A stretch of DNA of 47,556 bases, taken from an uncultured Sphingomonadaceae bacterium. Lineage in GTDB: Bacteria > Pseudomonadota > Alphaproteobacteria > Sphingomonadales > Sphingomonadaceae. A model generated the notes under the pieces. That model worked only from the letters and a program-made list of their open reading frames with translations, made no database searches and was not told where the DNA came from. A program made the translations under genes and the position numbers. The stretch lies in assembly GCA_964250105.1 (NCBI GenBank), contig CAXUEV010000001.1:1-47556 (forward strand), in the 5' to 3' direction. Shown in pieces: positions 38,273 to 47,366 of the stretch; positions within the stretch are counted from its first letter, which is position 1, and each line of letters begins with the position of its first letter.

Positions 38273-38337
38273 CCGGTCTCCGTGACGGGTTGGAGGTCGA
38301 GAGAGAGTCTCCCGGCCGCCCGTCGCGGAGACCGGAC
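38273..38337 (+). repeat. Conserved leader hairpin motif, copy 2 (before parB)
   Basis: CCGGTCTCCGTGACGGG (38273-38289) pairs with CCCGTCGCGGAGACCGG (38319-38335), 17 bp with one G-U, covering the GGAG RBS. The loop contains GGTCGAGAGAG. Confidence 0.75.
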
Positions 38338-39843
38338 ATGGCCACGGCCGTTCAGAAGATCACCTCGCTCGCGTGCTCGCGAGACATCCCCTTCAACAAG
38401 CTCGTCCTTGCCCAAGAGAACGTCCGCCGGGTCAAGGCCGGCATCTCCATCGATGACCTAGCCGACGACATCGCGTATCGCGGCCTGCTCCAGAACCTGA
38501 ACGTCCGGCCGGTGCTGGACGAGGCGGGCGAGGAGACCGGCACCTACGCCGTGCCGGCTGGCGGGCGCCGCTACCGCGCGCTCGAGCTGCTGGTGAAGCG
38601 CAAGCGCCTGTCCAAGACTGCCCCCGTGCCGTGCAATGTGCGCGAGGCGGACTCGCCCATCACGGCCGAGGACGACAGCTACGCCGAGAACGTTCAGCGC
38701 ATCGACCTTCACCCGCTCGACCAGTTCCGCGCCTTCCAGCGCTTCGTCGAGCTGGGCCAGGGCGTCGAGGAGATCGCCGCTCGCCACTTCGTCACCCCGG
38801 TCGTCGTGCGCCAGCGGCTCCGGCTCGCCGCAGTCAGCCCCAAGTTGCTCGACGTCTATGCCGAGGACGGCATGACGCTCGACCAGCTCATGGCGTTCAC
38901 GGTCAACGGCGACCATTCGCGCCAGGAGCAGGTCTGGGACGACCTGCAGCGCGCCTATAACAAGGACGCCTTCTACATCCGCCGGCTGCTGACCGACTCC
39001 GCGGTCGGAGCGAGCGACCGGCGCGCGGTGTTCGTAGGCGTTGACGCCTACGAGCAGGCGGGCGGCGTGATCTTACGCGACCTGTTCACGCCCGACGGTG
39101 GCGGCTGGCTGCAGGACGTGGCGCTGCTCGACCGTCTTGTGGCGGAGAAGCTTGCGACGGAGGCGGAGGCGATCGTCGCCGAGGGCTGGAAGTGGATCGA
39201 GGCCGCGCTCGACCTGCCCTACGGCGTCGCCCACGGCATGCGCCGCATCTACGCCGACGATCCCGATCTCACCGACGAGGAGCGTGAGGCCTACGACGCG
39301 CTCCGGATCGAGTTCGCCGCCATCGAGGAGCAGTTCTCGGACTCGCCGGACGATCTGCCCGACGAGATCGACCGGCGCTTGGGCGAGATCGAGGCTGCGC
39401 TGGAGGCGTACCAGTCCCGGCCGGTCGCGTTCGACCCTGCCGAGGTGGCGCGCGCGGGCGTATACGTCACCGTCGACGGCGACGCCGAGCTGCGCGTGGA
39501 GCGCGGGTTCGTGCGGCCCGAGGACGAACCGCCGGTCACGCCCGTCATCGCCGCGGGCGCCGAGGGTGAGCCAATCGAGGGCGACAGCCCCGACGTGACC
39601 ACCGGCGAGCCGATCGCGCCGACCGTCACCGTCTTGGGTTTGACGCCTGCGCCCGAGCCGGTCGAGGAGGATGAGGGCGTGAAGCCGCTCCCCGAGCAGC
39701 TCATGCGCGAGCTGCCGCCGGCTTGGGCCAAGCGCCTACGCCGCGGCGAGCAGATGCGCCGCGGCGTCGAGACCGCCGCTCGTACCATTCGCTCGGGCGA
39801 CCACGGCGGCTCCGGCTCCGGCCCGACCCTGAAAGAGGATTGA
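38338..39843 (+). CDS. parB: ICE-type ParB-family protein, C-terminally truncated and fused in frame to the TrbL C-terminal tail
   Basis: GLLQNLNVR, AGGRRYRAL and ENVQRIDLHPLDQ ParB motifs up to KPLPEQLMREL, then an abrupt switch to PPAWAKRLRR...RSGDHGGSG, directly before trbF. Confidence 0.75.
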   Translation: MATAVQKITSLACSRDIPFNKLVLAQENVRRVKAGISIDDLADDIAYRGLLQNLNVRPVLDEAGEETGTYAVPAGGRRYRALELLVKRKRLSKTAPVPCNVREADSPITAEDDSYAENVQRIDLHPLDQFRAFQRFVELGQGVEEIAARHFVTPVVVRQRLRLAAVSPKLLDVYAEDGMTLDQLMAFTVNGDHSRQEQVWDDLQRAYNKDAFYIRRLLTDSAVGASDRRAVFVGVDAYEQAGGVILRDLFTPDGGGWLQDVALLDRLVAEKLATEAEAIVAEGWKWIEAALDLPYGVAHGMRRIYADDPDLTDEEREAYDALRIEFAAIEEQFSDSPDDLPDEIDRRLGEIEAALEAYQSRPVAFDPAEVARAGVYVTVDGDAELRVERGFVRPEDEPPVTPVIAAGAEGEPIEGDSPDVTTGEPIAPTVTVLGLTPAPEPVEEDEGVKPLPEQLMRELPPAWAKRLRRGEQMRRGVETAARTIRSGDHGGSGSGPTLKED

Positions 39844-39846
39844 TCC

Positions 39847-40542
39847 ATGCGCTTCCGCCGCCCCGGCGTCCGCTATGCCGAGACGCCCGTTCCCGAAACG
39901 CCCTACCAGCGCGCCGGCCAGATTTGGGACGAGCGCCTCGGCTCCTCCCGCGTTCAGGCGAAGAACTGGCGGATCGCCTTTTTCGGCTCGCTTGGTATCT
40001 CGGGCCTCATGGCGATCGGCCTCGTCTGGCAGGCCAGTCAGTCGTCGATCACGCCCTACGTCGTCGAGGTGACGCGCCAGGGCGACGTTCGCGCCGTCGG
40101 CGCGGCGACAGAGGCCTACGTGCCCACCGACGCGCAGATCGCCAACCACCTCTCGCGCTTCATCAACAACGTGCGAAGCCTGGCGCTCGACCCCGTCGTC
40201 GTCCGTCAGAACTGGCTGGAAGCCTACGACTACGCCACCGATCGCGGCGCGGCGGTGCTCAACGAGTACGCCCGCTCGGCTGACCCGTTCGGCAAGGTCG
40301 GCCGCCAGTCGGTGGCGATCGAGGTGACCAGCGTGGTGCGCGCCTCGCCGACTTCGTTCCAGGTCCGCTGGGTCGAGCGCCGTTATGAGAACAACGCGCT
40401 CGCCGGCACCGAGCGCTGGACCGCCATCATGGCGATCGTGCTGCAGCGGCCCCGCTCGGAGGCGCAGCTCCGCAAGAACCCCCTCGGCATCTACGTCAAC
40501 GGCCTGAACTGGAGCCGCGAGCTCGGGTCCAGCGGGTCATGA
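39847..40542 (+). CDS. trbF: Conjugal transfer protein TrbF (VirB8-like)
   Basis: TPYQRAGQIWDERLGS, PYVVEV, DPVVVRQNW and KNPLGIYV motifs. Confidence 0.93.
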   Translation: MRFRRPGVRYAETPVPETPYQRAGQIWDERLGSSRVQAKNWRIAFFGSLGISGLMAIGLVWQASQSSITPYVVEVTRQGDVRAVGAATEAYVPTDAQIANHLSRFINNVRSLALDPVVVRQNWLEAYDYATDRGAAVLNEYARSADPFGKVGRQSVAIEVTSVVRASPTSFQVRWVERRYENNALAGTERWTAIMAIVLQRPRSEAQLRKNPLGIYVNGLNWSRELGSSGS

Positions 40543-41552
40543 GGAGCAACGCAATGACTCGTCCGCCCATCGTCCGCATCGCTCTCGTCTCGGTCTCCGC
40601 GCTGGCGCTTGCCGCCTGCGCGCACCGAACGCCGCCGCCGGAGATCAGCCTGGAGGAGCCGATCGCGACACCCACCGCGGCCGTCGAGCCGGTGCGCTCG
40701 GTCGAGGTGGTCGCCGTCCCGACGCCGCTGCCTCTTCCCGGCCAACTCATGCCGCCGCCGCGCTCCGGCGCCGCGACGTCCGAGCCGGCCAGCCCCGAAG
40801 CCTGGATCGCGTCCGCCAACCGCGCGGCGCGCGTCCAGCCGTCACGCTACGGCTACCTCAACGCCATCCAGGTCTGGCCCTATTCGGCGGGCGCTCTCTA
40901 CCAAGTCTATACCTCGCCAGGAAAGGTGACCGACATTGCGCTTCAGGCCGGCGAGCAGCTCGTGTCTGTCTCGGCCGGCGACACGGTGCGCTGGGTTATC
41001 GGGGACACCACGTCGGGTGCAGGAACGAGTGCTCGCGTCCACATCCTCGTCAAGCCGACGCGGCCGGACCTCCGCACCAACCTCGTCGTCAACACCGACC
41101 GGCGCACCTACCATCTCGAGCTGACCGCCAGCCCCGCGACATGGATGGCGTCGGTCTCGTGGGATTATCCTCAGGATCGGCTGCTCGCGCTTCAGGGCAG
41201 CCCGCGAGCGGAAGCTGCGCCCGTGACCGACGGCATCGCGGTGGAGCGGCTCCGCTTCCGTTATGCGATATCTGGCGACAGCCCGCCCTGGCGGCCGGTC
41301 AGCGTGTTCGACGACCAAGCTAAGGTTTACATCCAGTTCCCCGCCGGCATCGCGCAAGGCGAGCTGCCGCCGATCTTCGTCGTCGGCCCGACCGGGGAGA
41401 ACCAGCTCGTCAACGCCCGCTTTCGCGCGCCGTACTACATCGTCGACCGCCTGTTCGGCGCGGCCGAGCTCAGGCTCGGCGGCGAGCGCCAGCAGGTGGT
41501 CCGGATCGAGCGCACCGACGGTCGCCGGCGCGGCGGGATTTTCGAATCATGA
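40539..41552 (+). CDS. trbG: Conjugal transfer protein TrbG (VirB9-like)
   Basis: Lipoprotein-like signal (LAAC), VTDIALQAGE...AGDTVRW, TDRRTYHLEL and YYIVDRLF motifs. Confidence 0.93.
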   Translation: MRSNAMTRPPIVRIALVSVSALALAACAHRTPPPEISLEEPIATPTAAVEPVRSVEVVAVPTPLPLPGQLMPPPRSGAATSEPASPEAWIASANRAARVQPSRYGYLNAIQVWPYSAGALYQVYTSPGKVTDIALQAGEQLVSVSAGDTVRWVIGDTTSGAGTSARVHILVKPTRPDLRTNLVVNTDRRTYHLELTASPATWMASVSWDYPQDRLLALQGSPRAEAAPVTDGIAVERLRFRYAISGDSPPWRPVSVFDDQAKVYIQFPAGIAQGELPPIFVVGPTGENQLVNARFRAPYYIVDRLFGAAELRLGGERQQVVRIERTDGRRRGGIFES

Positions 41553-42883
41553 CCGACGTGCCACCGCCCGCCAACGCGAATGATGCGACTTTGCCGCCGA
41601 AGGTAGCGCCCGATCGACTCGAACTGCGCGCCCGACCTCGCGCTGTCACCCGCCTGTCCCGTCGCGCGCTGATCCTGCTCGGCTTGGTGTCTTCGCTCGC
41701 AATTGGCGGGCTCGCTATCTGGGCGCTGAACGTCGACCGGAACGGAGGCGCCGCGCCGGAAGAGCTCTACTCGACCGAGCGCAAGCCGGTCGCGGAAGGG
41801 CTGAACACGCTTCCGCGCGACTATGCCGGACTGCCGCGCCAGCCGCTCCCGCCAAACGTGCCGCCGCTCGGCCCGCCGCTGCCCGGCGACCTCGGCCGTC
41901 CGATCCTCAGCGCGGGCGGCGGGCAGCCGCCGCCTGTAGGGACAGCTCCGCCCGCTGGGCCAGTCGGACCAAACCCGGAGGAACAGGCGCGGCTGGCCGA
42001 GCTGCAGCGGCTATGGCAGGAGGCCGACGCGGCCGCGCGTAGCGCGCTGTTCGCGCAGGTGCGCCAGGAAGGCGGCCAAGCCTCGACGGCGGGCCACGAC
42101 GTCGCGAACACTGGCGACGGGACAAGACGCGATCCGTTCGCGGCGCTGCCCGGCTCCGCCTCGGGTGGACGGGAAGACGAGACCTTCGCTCAGAACGGTC
42201 AAAGCGCAAAAAGCGCGTTCCTGAACGCGCCGGCCGACCAGCGCGTCTACGCGAGCGGCCGTCTTCAGACGCCAGCTTCGCCCTATCAGGTGATGGCGGG
42301 CACGATCATCCCGGCTGCGATGGTGACGGGTTTGAATTCCGACCTGCCCGGCCAGGCGATCGCCACGGTGACAGAGCCGGTGTACGACACGGTGACGGGC
42401 GGGACCTTGTTGATCCCGCAGGGCTCGCGCCTGCTTGGACAGTATGATGCGCAGGTGTCCTTCGGCCAGAGCCGCGTCCTGCTCGTCTGGACGCGACTCG
42501 TCATGCCAGACGGCTCCTCGATAACGCTCGACCGACTGCCCGGCGCGGACACCCGCGGATTTGCGGGGCTGGAGGACGAGACCGACAACCACTGGGGCAA
42601 GCTGCTCGCCGGCGCCGCGCTTTCGACGCTGCTGGGTGTGGGCGCGGAGCTTGGGTCGGGCAATCGCGGTTCGATCGACGGCAATCAGACCGTCATCGTC
42701 GCGACCGGGCGCAGTGCTCAGGACAGCGTCAACCAGGTCGGCCAGCAGATCACCCGGCGCAACCTCAACATCCAGCCGACGCTCACGGTCCGCCCAGGCT
42801 TTCCTGTCCGGGTAATCGTCAACAAGGATCTCGTGCTCAGACCTTACGGCTCCAGCACGCGCCGCGGAGGAGGTAGTCGATGA
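41549..42883 (+). CDS. trbI: Conjugal transfer protein TrbI (VirB10-like)
   Basis: AGTIIPAAMVTGLNSDLPG, LLIPQGSRLLG and NIQPTLTVRPG motifs. Confidence 0.94.
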   Translation: MTDVPPPANANDATLPPKVAPDRLELRARPRAVTRLSRRALILLGLVSSLAIGGLAIWALNVDRNGGAAPEELYSTERKPVAEGLNTLPRDYAGLPRQPLPPNVPPLGPPLPGDLGRPILSAGGGQPPPVGTAPPAGPVGPNPEEQARLAELQRLWQEADAAARSALFAQVRQEGGQASTAGHDVANTGDGTRRDPFAALPGSASGGREDETFAQNGQSAKSAFLNAPADQRVYASGRLQTPASPYQVMAGTIIPAAMVTGLNSDLPGQAIATVTEPVYDTVTGGTLLIPQGSRLLGQYDAQVSFGQSRVLLVWTRLVMPDGSSITLDRLPGADTRGFAGLEDETDNHWGKLLAGAALSTLLGVGAELGSGNRGSIDGNQTVIVATGRSAQDSVNQVGQQITRRNLNIQPTLTVRPGFPVRVIVNKDLVLRPYGSSTRRGGGSR

Positions 42884-43191
42884 CTGCCAAGCTGCGGCTG
42901 GGACCACTGCCGAAAACGGATCTCGTGCGGTTGACTATTGCGCTCCCGGCAAGCGTCAAGGCCGATCTCGACCGCTACGCTGAACTCTACTCCACCGCTT
43001 ATGGAGAGACTGCCGATGCCGGGGCGCTGATCCCGCACATGCTCGCAGCCTTCATGGACCGTGACCGTGGGTTTCGTCGTGCGCGTCAGGAGGTAAAACG
43101 AGTGCCCGACGGCAGCTCTCCGCCGCGACTAAGGACCGACGCAAGTTCGAGCGCGGACGATACCTCGTCTGATGCGTCCTCCTCACGATAA
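42880..43191 (+). CDS. DUF2274-family protein
   Basis: KLRLGPLP...DLDRYAELY...LIPHMLAAFMDRDRGF. Typical position after trbI. Confidence 0.8.
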   Translation: MTAKLRLGPLPKTDLVRLTIALPASVKADLDRYAELYSTAYGETADAGALIPHMLAAFMDRDRGFRRARQEVKRVPDGSSPPRLRTDASSSADDTSSDASSSR

Positions 43192-43583
43192 AGCAGCCAG
43201 CTCACGAGCTCGGCGTCTTCCTCGGCGAGCGGCACTACGGCGACCGTCGTGAGTCCGTACGCAATAGGCTCGGGCAGGAGCGACAGCCCGCGACCGGCTG
43301 CCGTAAAGCGGACCATGGTGTTTTGGTGCTTGACGACCGTGTGGCCGCTAGGCCGCAGCTGGTATCGGTAGAGCAGCGCCTCGATCTGTGCGGCGTAGCC
43401 GGGGAATGGGCCAGAATGCGCAAGAATGAAGGGCTCGGTTGCTAGTTCGTTGAGAGACACGCGGTCACGCTCCGCGACAGGGTGGCCGAACGGCGCGATC
43501 AGCAGCAGCGGCTCGGCCCGGGCACGGACACGTCGCAAATGAGACATCTCCAAAGATTCGAGCACGATTGCGAGGTCCAGCAC
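43086..43583 (-). pseudogene. LysR-family regulator remnant (substrate-binding domain only)
   Basis: LDLAIV...EPLLLIAP.GHP...SLNELATEPFIL...AAGRGLSLLP. No intact HTH frame upstream; stops and shifts occur between about 43590 and 44000. Confidence 0.65.
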
Positions 43584-44149
43584 ACCTTCATTGCCCGCTG
43601 AGATGACGTTCGTTCGCGAAGCGACAGCCGGAATCGGAGCAACGGTTGAGCAGTGCCGTAACGAGATCGCCTTAGGCGAACTCGATGCGAGGTTGCAGCG
43701 ACGTATCGAAACCGCGCTACGCGAGCAGGCGCTGACCGAAGAGGCTACGCCAAGTTCCGAAGATGGGAGTCGTGGGCTAATTCACCGGTGGCCTGGCCAA
43801 TCTGCTCGCCGGCATGATAGGCGATTTGGAGCTGCTCCAGCTGCGCGTTGTGCGCGCCGGCCCGCTCGTCGAGTAGTCTAAGGACGGCGTCCTTTCACGG
43901 CGAAGCACGAGTTCGAGGCACGTTAAGGTCACCAGCTTCAGTCATTGCGTTTATCCGGTCTATTCGCAAGCGCATCGCATCGGCGGCGCTGAAACTTTCC
44001 AGGATACGCGATCGACGGCCCGGCGGGCGGGGATTGCCAAACGGGGCGACGTAAGGGCGCAATCGCGCCGAGCCTTTGCCGATACGGTCGCGAAAGCGAT
44101 GAGCGGCGCCATGCCGCGCAGGCGTAAAACCGAGGACGAGGAAGCTAAG

Positions 44150-45586
44150 ATGGATGAACAAGCGGCGGCGGATTTCGGCAAGGTGCCGTTCCGGGTGACC
44201 AATCCCGAGCTCCTCCCGACGGAGCGCTATTATGATCCCGAGTTCTTCGAGCTCGAGAAGAAGCATCTGTGGCCGCGTGTCTGGCAGATGGCTTGCCGGC
44301 TGGAGGAGATTTCGAACGTCGGCGACTACACCGTCTACAACATTCTCGAACATTCGGTGTTGCTGGTCCGCGCGAAGAGCGGCGTGAAGGCGTTCAAGAA
44401 TGCCTGCCGCCACCGTGGCGTGCGGCTTGCGAAGGGCGCCGGCCAATGCGGCTCCACCGGCTTCGTCTGCCCGTTTCACGGCTGGCGCTGGAATGTCGAA
44501 GGCGAGAGCACGTTCATCTTCGGCCGCGAGGTCTTCAACGAAGAGCTTCTCGATCGCGCCGAGGTCGATCTCGCGCCGGTGCGCGTCGAGTTCTGGGCGG
44601 GATGCGCCTTCATCAACTTCGACGACGACGCGCCGCCGCTGCGCGATTGCCTGGGCCCCGTCGCCGATCGCATGGACGCCCGCCACGCCGACAAGCTGAA
44701 GATGGACTGGTGGTTTGGCACCGTCCTCCCGACAAACTGGAAACTCGCCAACGAGGCGTTCCAGGAGGGCTACCACACGATGCAGACGCACCCGCAGGTG
44801 CACCTGCTCGGCTATGACGCGAGCAAGGCGTTCGGGCCGACCGTCGACGGCAAGGACCTTAATGTCGGGCTCAGCCCGCGCGAGGCGGTCGATCTCCAGA
44901 TCAAGTCGTTCAAGCGGCTGAGCTCGGGCATGGCCGGCATGATCCACGAGACCGAACTCGAGGTGATGGACCAGATCCGCGACGTCGACCTGCCCGACGA
45001 CACCGAGCGCGCGCTGGAGGTGTTCTACGGCATGTTGTGTCAGGAGATCACCAAGGACGCGCGGGCGCGTGGCGCCGACATGTTCGACATCCTGAAGGTG
45101 GCGCAGGAGCAGCCCTTCTACCCGGTCGAGTATGTCTTCCCGCATTTCTTCCTGTTGCCGACCTTCGGGGCGATGTCTGGCTATCGCATCCGGCCGCTGA
45201 CGGCCGAGACCTGCTTCTTCGAACTGTGGTCGCTGGTCATCCGCCCCGAAGGTGAGGAATTTCAAACGCCGCGCGAACCGACGATCCTCGCCTACGACTC
45301 GAACGAGTTCCCCGAGATTCCGAGGCAGGATTATTCGAACCTGCCGCGCCAGCAACTCGGGCTCCACGATATTGACCATATGCGGCTCGCGCGGGGTACG
45401 GAGGGCCGCGGCAACAGTCACAATGGCGGCGAGGGCATGATCAGCAATTGCCATCGGCTGATCGACGGCTTCATCGCCGGCGTGCCGCCCGAGCAGTTGG
45501 CAAAGGCGCAGAGCATCATCAATTGCGGCTTTGAGACTCCGATCCTCGACATCGGCTTCGGACCGTCACCGCCGGCGGTCGAATGA
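44150..45586 (+). CDS. Rieske non-heme-iron aromatic ring-hydroxylating oxygenase, alpha subunit
   Basis: CRHRG...CPFHG Rieske cluster, NWK...EGYHTMQTH iron site and QD motif. RBS before the ATG at 44150. Confidence 0.93.
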   Translation: MDEQAAADFGKVPFRVTNPELLPTERYYDPEFFELEKKHLWPRVWQMACRLEEISNVGDYTVYNILEHSVLLVRAKSGVKAFKNACRHRGVRLAKGAGQCGSTGFVCPFHGWRWNVEGESTFIFGREVFNEELLDRAEVDLAPVRVEFWAGCAFINFDDDAPPLRDCLGPVADRMDARHADKLKMDWWFGTVLPTNWKLANEAFQEGYHTMQTHPQVHLLGYDASKAFGPTVDGKDLNVGLSPREAVDLQIKSFKRLSSGMAGMIHETELEVMDQIRDVDLPDDTERALEVFYGMLCQEITKDARARGADMFDILKVAQEQPFYPVEYVFPHFFLLPTFGAMSGYRIRPLTAETCFFELWSLVIRPEGEEFQTPREPTILAYDSNEFPEIPRQDYSNLPRQQLGLHDIDHMRLARGTEGRGNSHNGGEGMISNCHRLIDGFIAGVPPEQLAKAQSIINCGFETPILDIGFGPSPPAVE

Positions 45587-46124
45587 TGCCGGTCCGCCTG
45601 CATCGACGAGCGGAGCGGAGGCCATGCGGAGGCCATGCGGAGGCTGGATCGGGGCATTCGGTAGCCACGTCGTCGATGCGCTGCGCTGAATGTTCGGCGA
45701 GATCGCCGAGGTCGCGGGCGAGGTGCGGACCGACGTCGCCGAACGGCCCGATGCACAGCGCGCGCTCCATCGCTCGACGGCCGAGGACGGGTTCGCCGCG
45801 CGGCTGCGGTTCGCCTCGGGCGCGACCGCTCTCGTGGATACCGCTTTCGCCACGCCGGCCAGCCTGCCGCCGCGTGTTAGGATCTTCGGGGCCGACGGGC
45901 TGATCGAGGCGATCGGCTCCACCGAAAACCACGTGCGCGGCTCGCGCGAGGATCGCACGATCACCTTCCCTCCGTTCGATGGCGATCCGCACCTGCCCGC
46001 GATCCGCCCGTGGGCGGCGACGATGCGCGCGGCGATCACCGAGCGCCGTCAGATCGCCCCGAGTTTCGAAGACGGGCTCGCCTGCGCGGAGGTGATGGAT
46101 CGGCTCCGGGCGACGGCATTATGA
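45583..46124 (+). pseudogene. Gfo/Idh/MocA oxidoreductase remnant
   Basis: GGWIGAFGSHVVDALR*MFGEI...AEDGF...PSFEDG. The N-terminal Rossmann domain is missing, there is a TGA at 45687-45689 where Trp is expected, and an 11-bp tandem repeat sits at the break. Confidence 0.7.
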
Positions 46125-46918
46125 GCGGCCTCGAGCTCTGGAGCTACACCTTCCGGGACGCGACACTCGTCGACCTCGCGAAGGCGGCGGGCGCATCCGG
46201 CTTCCGCTGGATCACCGCGACGGCCGACCAGGTCCGGCGCGAGCATCTCGCGCCGGCGGCGCTGCGCGCTCGGGTCGAGGAGCATGGCGTCGGGTTCAGC
46301 GCCATCGACGGGGTCGTCAGCGCGCTTCCCGGCACGCCGCATCATGGCAGCGCCAGCGCGGCGGGGCTGCGCGAGTGCGTCGATCTCGCCGCGACACTCG
46401 GCGCGAAGACCGTCAACCTCGTCCATATCGACGGCAGCCCGACCCCGCTCGACGCCCTCGCCGAGGCGTTCGCGCTCGCCTGTCGCACTGCGCGCGAGAC
46501 GGGACTCGCGCTGGCGATCGAATTTCTCCCGGGCACCGGCATCCCCGACCTCCGGACCTGCGTGGACGTCGTTCTCACGTCCGGCGCGCCGAATGGATCT
46601 GTCCTGCTCGATACCTGGCATTTCGCGCGAAGCGGCGGCACGCTGACCGATCTCGATCCGGCGACGACAGCCCTCGTCGGGGCGCTTCAACTCGCCGACC
46701 GGGCGCCGGAGCAGGATCTCCAGCCGTACGTGCCGATGCGCGACCGAAAGGTTCCCGGTGACGGCGCCTTGCCGCTCGCGGACATCGTCGCGCGCGTCCG
46801 GACCGCGCATCCAACCATACCGATCGGCGTGGAGGTGCTGAGCGAGCAGATGGACAATCTCGGGCCCGTCGAAGGCGCGAAGCTGCTTGCGGCGCGCTGC
46901 CGACGGTTCTTGGTCTAG
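46121..46918 (+). CDS. Sugar-phosphate isomerase/epimerase (TIM barrel)
   Basis: LAIEF, LLDTWH, QLAD, RKVPGDG and GVEV motifs. ATGA overlap with the upstream remnant. Confidence 0.85.
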   Translation: MSGLELWSYTFRDATLVDLAKAAGASGFRWITATADQVRREHLAPAALRARVEEHGVGFSAIDGVVSALPGTPHHGSASAAGLRECVDLAATLGAKTVNLVHIDGSPTPLDALAEAFALACRTARETGLALAIEFLPGTGIPDLRTCVDVVLTSGAPNGSVLLDTWHFARSGGTLTDLDPATTALVGALQLADRAPEQDLQPYVPMRDRKVPGDGALPLADIVARVRTAHPTIPIGVEVLSEQMDNLGPVEGAKLLAARCRRFLV

Positions 46919-47333
46919 CGACCCTCGCCAGGCCTGCTGCGGTTCCCGCGGCACCTTCATCACCTCGGCGAGGAGAGCCACCGCCGCGGGTCGCCGTCGA
47001 GCATTCGGCTCTGGCGGTGGACGATCTCCCAGCGCCCTCCGCCCTGCGCGCGCATCCGAACCGCGAGGGGCTCAACCGCCAGATGTAGAAGCCGCGGGGC
47101 CCGTGCCGCGCAACCCTGGTGTGGCAGGTCGCCACCGCTCGGGTCTCGTCGATCACAACGTGCGGGTTCGTCGAGATGTGCGCGCAGCCGGTTTGCACCA
47201 GCTCGACATGCCCGGCCATGTCGGCGATCGCCTGGATCGCCTCGCGTCCTTCGAAACGCCCGGTATCGGCGACCGCGTAGACGCCCTCCTCGGCATAGAT
47301 GCGGCCGAGCACCTCCTTGTTGCGCCCGTCCAT
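46919..47333 (-). pseudogene. SnoaL-like / NTF2-family protein remnant
   Basis: IYAEEGVY...FEGREAI...CAHISTNPHVVID..RAVATC, then WEIVHR in a second frame and a third frame for the tail. The N-terminus is missing. Confidence 0.6.
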
Positions 47334-47366
47334 TCACCGTTACCTGCCAGCGCTTGAGATCGGCTC

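Larger units (their letters stand above)
18202..44010. mobile_element. Degenerate trb-type ICE / genomic island at a tRNA-Gly(GCC) att site, carrying defence cargo; right boundary approximate
   Basis: tRNA-Gly 3' fragment, integrase, ardC, parB, trbF/G/I and DUF2274. The cargo looks less GC-rich than the flanks (judged by eye). The second att site was not found in the window. Confidence 0.8.

Noticed and set aside
43591-43881. 96-aa plus-strand ORF
   Set aside because: It lies antisense to the decayed LysR N-terminal region, with a weak start and no family features.
44034-44040. TTGCCAA near the apparent right boundary as the second att core
   Set aside because: It is inverted relative to the left core, has no flanking tRNA sequence, and the 7-mer occurs several times by chance in the window.
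45687-45689. Selenocysteine or programmed readthrough at the in-frame TGA (also 33971-33973)
   Set aside because: The codon at 45687 aligns with an expected Trp in an already truncated gene, and I see no SECIS-like support at either site.
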